Shown here: in pieces, positions 60,795 through 62,404 of the stretch | Layout: each line of letters starts with the position of its first letter | Numbering within the stretch: position 1 is the first letter of the stretch | Virus record (IMG/VR): IMGVR_UViG_3300021963_000133 | Location: 1 to 62,404 of that record | Origin: a virus | Taxonomy: Duplodnaviria; Caudoviricetes | Length of the DNA stretch: 62,404 nucleotides | Reading direction: 5' to 3' (one strand) | Notes under the pieces: generated by a model | The model's input: the letters and a program-made list of their open reading frames with translations, nothing else | The model's database searches: none | What the model was told of the DNA's origin: nothing | Made by a program: the position numbers and the translations under genes

Positions 60795-61625
60795 TTATTT
60801 AATACCAATCATTGCATTAGTTTTGTCTCCTAACATTGTTTCAGGCAACTTACCATTCCATTTGTTAATCCATTCTAATTGTAACAACATTGGAGTAATA
60901 GTTTTCTGTTTCAAACTATTTGCTTCGGCTTCAGCCTTTGCAGCAGTTAACATTGCTTGAGCATTACCATTTGCAGTTGCAATTTTAATTTTGGCTTGTG
61001 CTTCGGCAGTTTTAACTTCATTCTCTGCTCTAAGTGCTGATTGAACTGCATTATTCTTAGCTTCAATTGAACGTTTAAATGTTTCAGGATAAACTAGATT
61101 TGATGTGAATTGATTAATAACAAATCCTTCTTTAAGTAATTGTCCTTCCAATAATCTACGTACTTCTACTTCAAATACTGCTCTATTAGAAATTAACTCG
61201 TCTGCTGTGTATTTATTAGTTGCTAAACGGAAAGCATCATAAACTGCTGTCTTTAAGAAACCTTCTTCAATTTCTGGAAGGGATCTACGATATTTAGCAA
61301 AGATTGCAGGTACCTTTTCACGTTGAACTGAATAGTTCATGATTGGTGAAACTTGGAATTCACTACCGTCTTTAGAGTTAACTACAAATGAATTCTCATC
61401 TCGATACTCTTTGTGTTGGATAAAGGTTGGGAACTCATAAATTTTTGTAGAGATTGGATTGTAAAATACCATTCCCGTACATTCTGTTACATCATCTACT
61501 CCTTTACCACTTCCGTAAAGATTAACTTTAACTCCGACATGACCTGCGTCGATTCTTTCACAAGATTGAAACATCACGATTAGCGCAATAAATGCTGCAA
61601 TTCCAATTAGGATTCTTTTTACCAT
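60795..61625 (-). CDS. SPFH/band-7 (prohibitin-like) membrane protein
   Basis: IDAGHVGVKV, coiled coil AEA repeats, KWNGKLP; start adjusted to MVKRIL. Confidence 0.88.
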   Translation of the reverse strand: MVKRILIGIAAFIALIVMFQSCERIDAGHVGVKVNLYGSGKGVDDVTECTGMVFYNPISTKIYEFPTFIQHKEYRDENSFVVNSKDGSEFQVSPIMNYSVQREKVPAIFAKYRRSLPEIEEGFLKTAVYDAFRLATNKYTADELISNRAVFEVEVRRLLEGQLLKEGFVINQFTSNLVYPETFKRSIEAKNNAVQSALRAENEVKTAEAQAKIKIATANGNAQAMLTAAKAEAEANSLKQKTITPMLLQLEWINKWNGKLPETMLGDKTNAMIGIK

Positions 61626-61636
61626 TTTTTTGATTT

Positions 61637-61921
61637 TTAGTTGTTGTTTTTGTTTTTCTTGTTCACGTTCTTCTTGCTGGATTTCCCAGTAGCTTTTTTC
61701 TGACATTCTATTTTTGGTTTTACTTGATTATAAATTGAATTTGACAATAAGAATATTCCATATCCTAGTCCAGCTCCGCCAACGAACATTACGACTGGTC
61801 CTAAATAAGCTAGTGAATTTGGTTGATTCATAAGATGGGCAACTCCGTCAAATAATGGAATTGTTAATGTTGCTAATGCAATAATTCCAAGGGCTGCGCC
61901 AAATATTTTTCTGTGGTTCAT
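61637..61921 (-). CDS. Membrane protein
   Basis: 2 TM. Confidence 0.65.
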   Translation of the reverse strand: MNHRKIFGAALGIIALATLTIPLFDGVAHLMNQPNSLAYLGPVVMFVGGAGLGYGIFLLSNSIYNQVKPKIECQKKATGKSSKKNVNKKNKNNN

Positions 61922-61963
61922 ATAAATTAAATTTGTAGATTATACAATTGAAATGAGAATTGT

Positions 61964-62368
61964 TTATTCCCATGAAGCGATTAGACCTTGATCAGCTGCT
62001 TCGGTTTGACGCATCAGCATAATTTCAGCACCTAATTCAGTATAGACTGGATATTCCCAAAACATTTTGATTTGGTCATTCCAAGTTGTGTTACCGATAA
62101 AACTTCCGTTTTTATCATTGTAAAGAGAAACACATTGATCAGGATTTGCAATACGAATCGGTTCAGCAAAAGCCTGAGCTTGGGTGAACGTAACATTTTC
62201 CAACGTCCATTCCTCTCTATGTAACTTAACTAATCCATCAAAAAATTCTGGATTGTCATAATAATTGTCCGACCCTGTTTTAGCAAGATACTCTGCTCTA
62301 ATTTGAGCATATTGTTCTTGTGAAGGACTTAAAGAAATTCTAACTTGTTTTTGAATTGAATTCATCAT
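61964..62368 (-). CDS. Hypothetical protein
   Basis: ORF track. Confidence 0.7.
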   Translation of the reverse strand: MMNSIQKQVRISLSPSQEQYAQIRAEYLAKTGSDNYYDNPEFFDGLVKLHREEWTLENVTFTQAQAFAEPIRIANPDQCVSLYNDKNGSFIGNTTWNDQIKMFWEYPVYTELGAEIMLMRQTEAADQGLIASWE

Positions 62369-62404
62369 AATCGTGGATGTTTAAATTGTTATTGTTAATT
62401 TGTT

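Overview
The window is an AT-rich, gene-dense segment with almost all genes on the minus strand. It is most likely part of a large lytic ('jumbo') phage genome; the promoter motif, A-rich SD-less start contexts, boxA type and Hc1/TIGR03643 genes suggest a Bacteroidota host (inference). Recognisable proteins include DNA ligase, a DinG-type helicase, ThyA, Gmk, Fpg/Nei, DenV, an ECF sigma factor, lysis genes, an Acb1-like 2H phosphoesterase, a Prs-like/Nampt-like (NARP1-type) pair, RNA ligase, a kinase, phosphoesterases, a CCA-adding enzyme and a TROVE/vWA (DUF2828-like) protein. The RNA content is the unusual part: 24 canonical tRNAs covering all 20 amino acids, a two-piece tmRNA, several oversized tRNA-like RNAs and several unexplained structured RNAs. 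Two candidate undescribed systems stand out. (1) A 34-codon leader peptide (24644-24748) contains 19 different amino acids, matching the 19 specificities and the isoacceptors of the downstream tRNA array. It is coupled to an antiterminator/terminator pair, so it looks like a pan-tRNA attenuator. (2) A family of six ncRNAs shares a 7-bp end stem plus NUNCWGCAA. Two copies sit directly behind the TROVE/vWA gene and two carry circularly permuted tRNA domains, suggesting a Ro60/Y-RNA-like system. All calls were made by eye, with no database searches; RNA ends are approximate.
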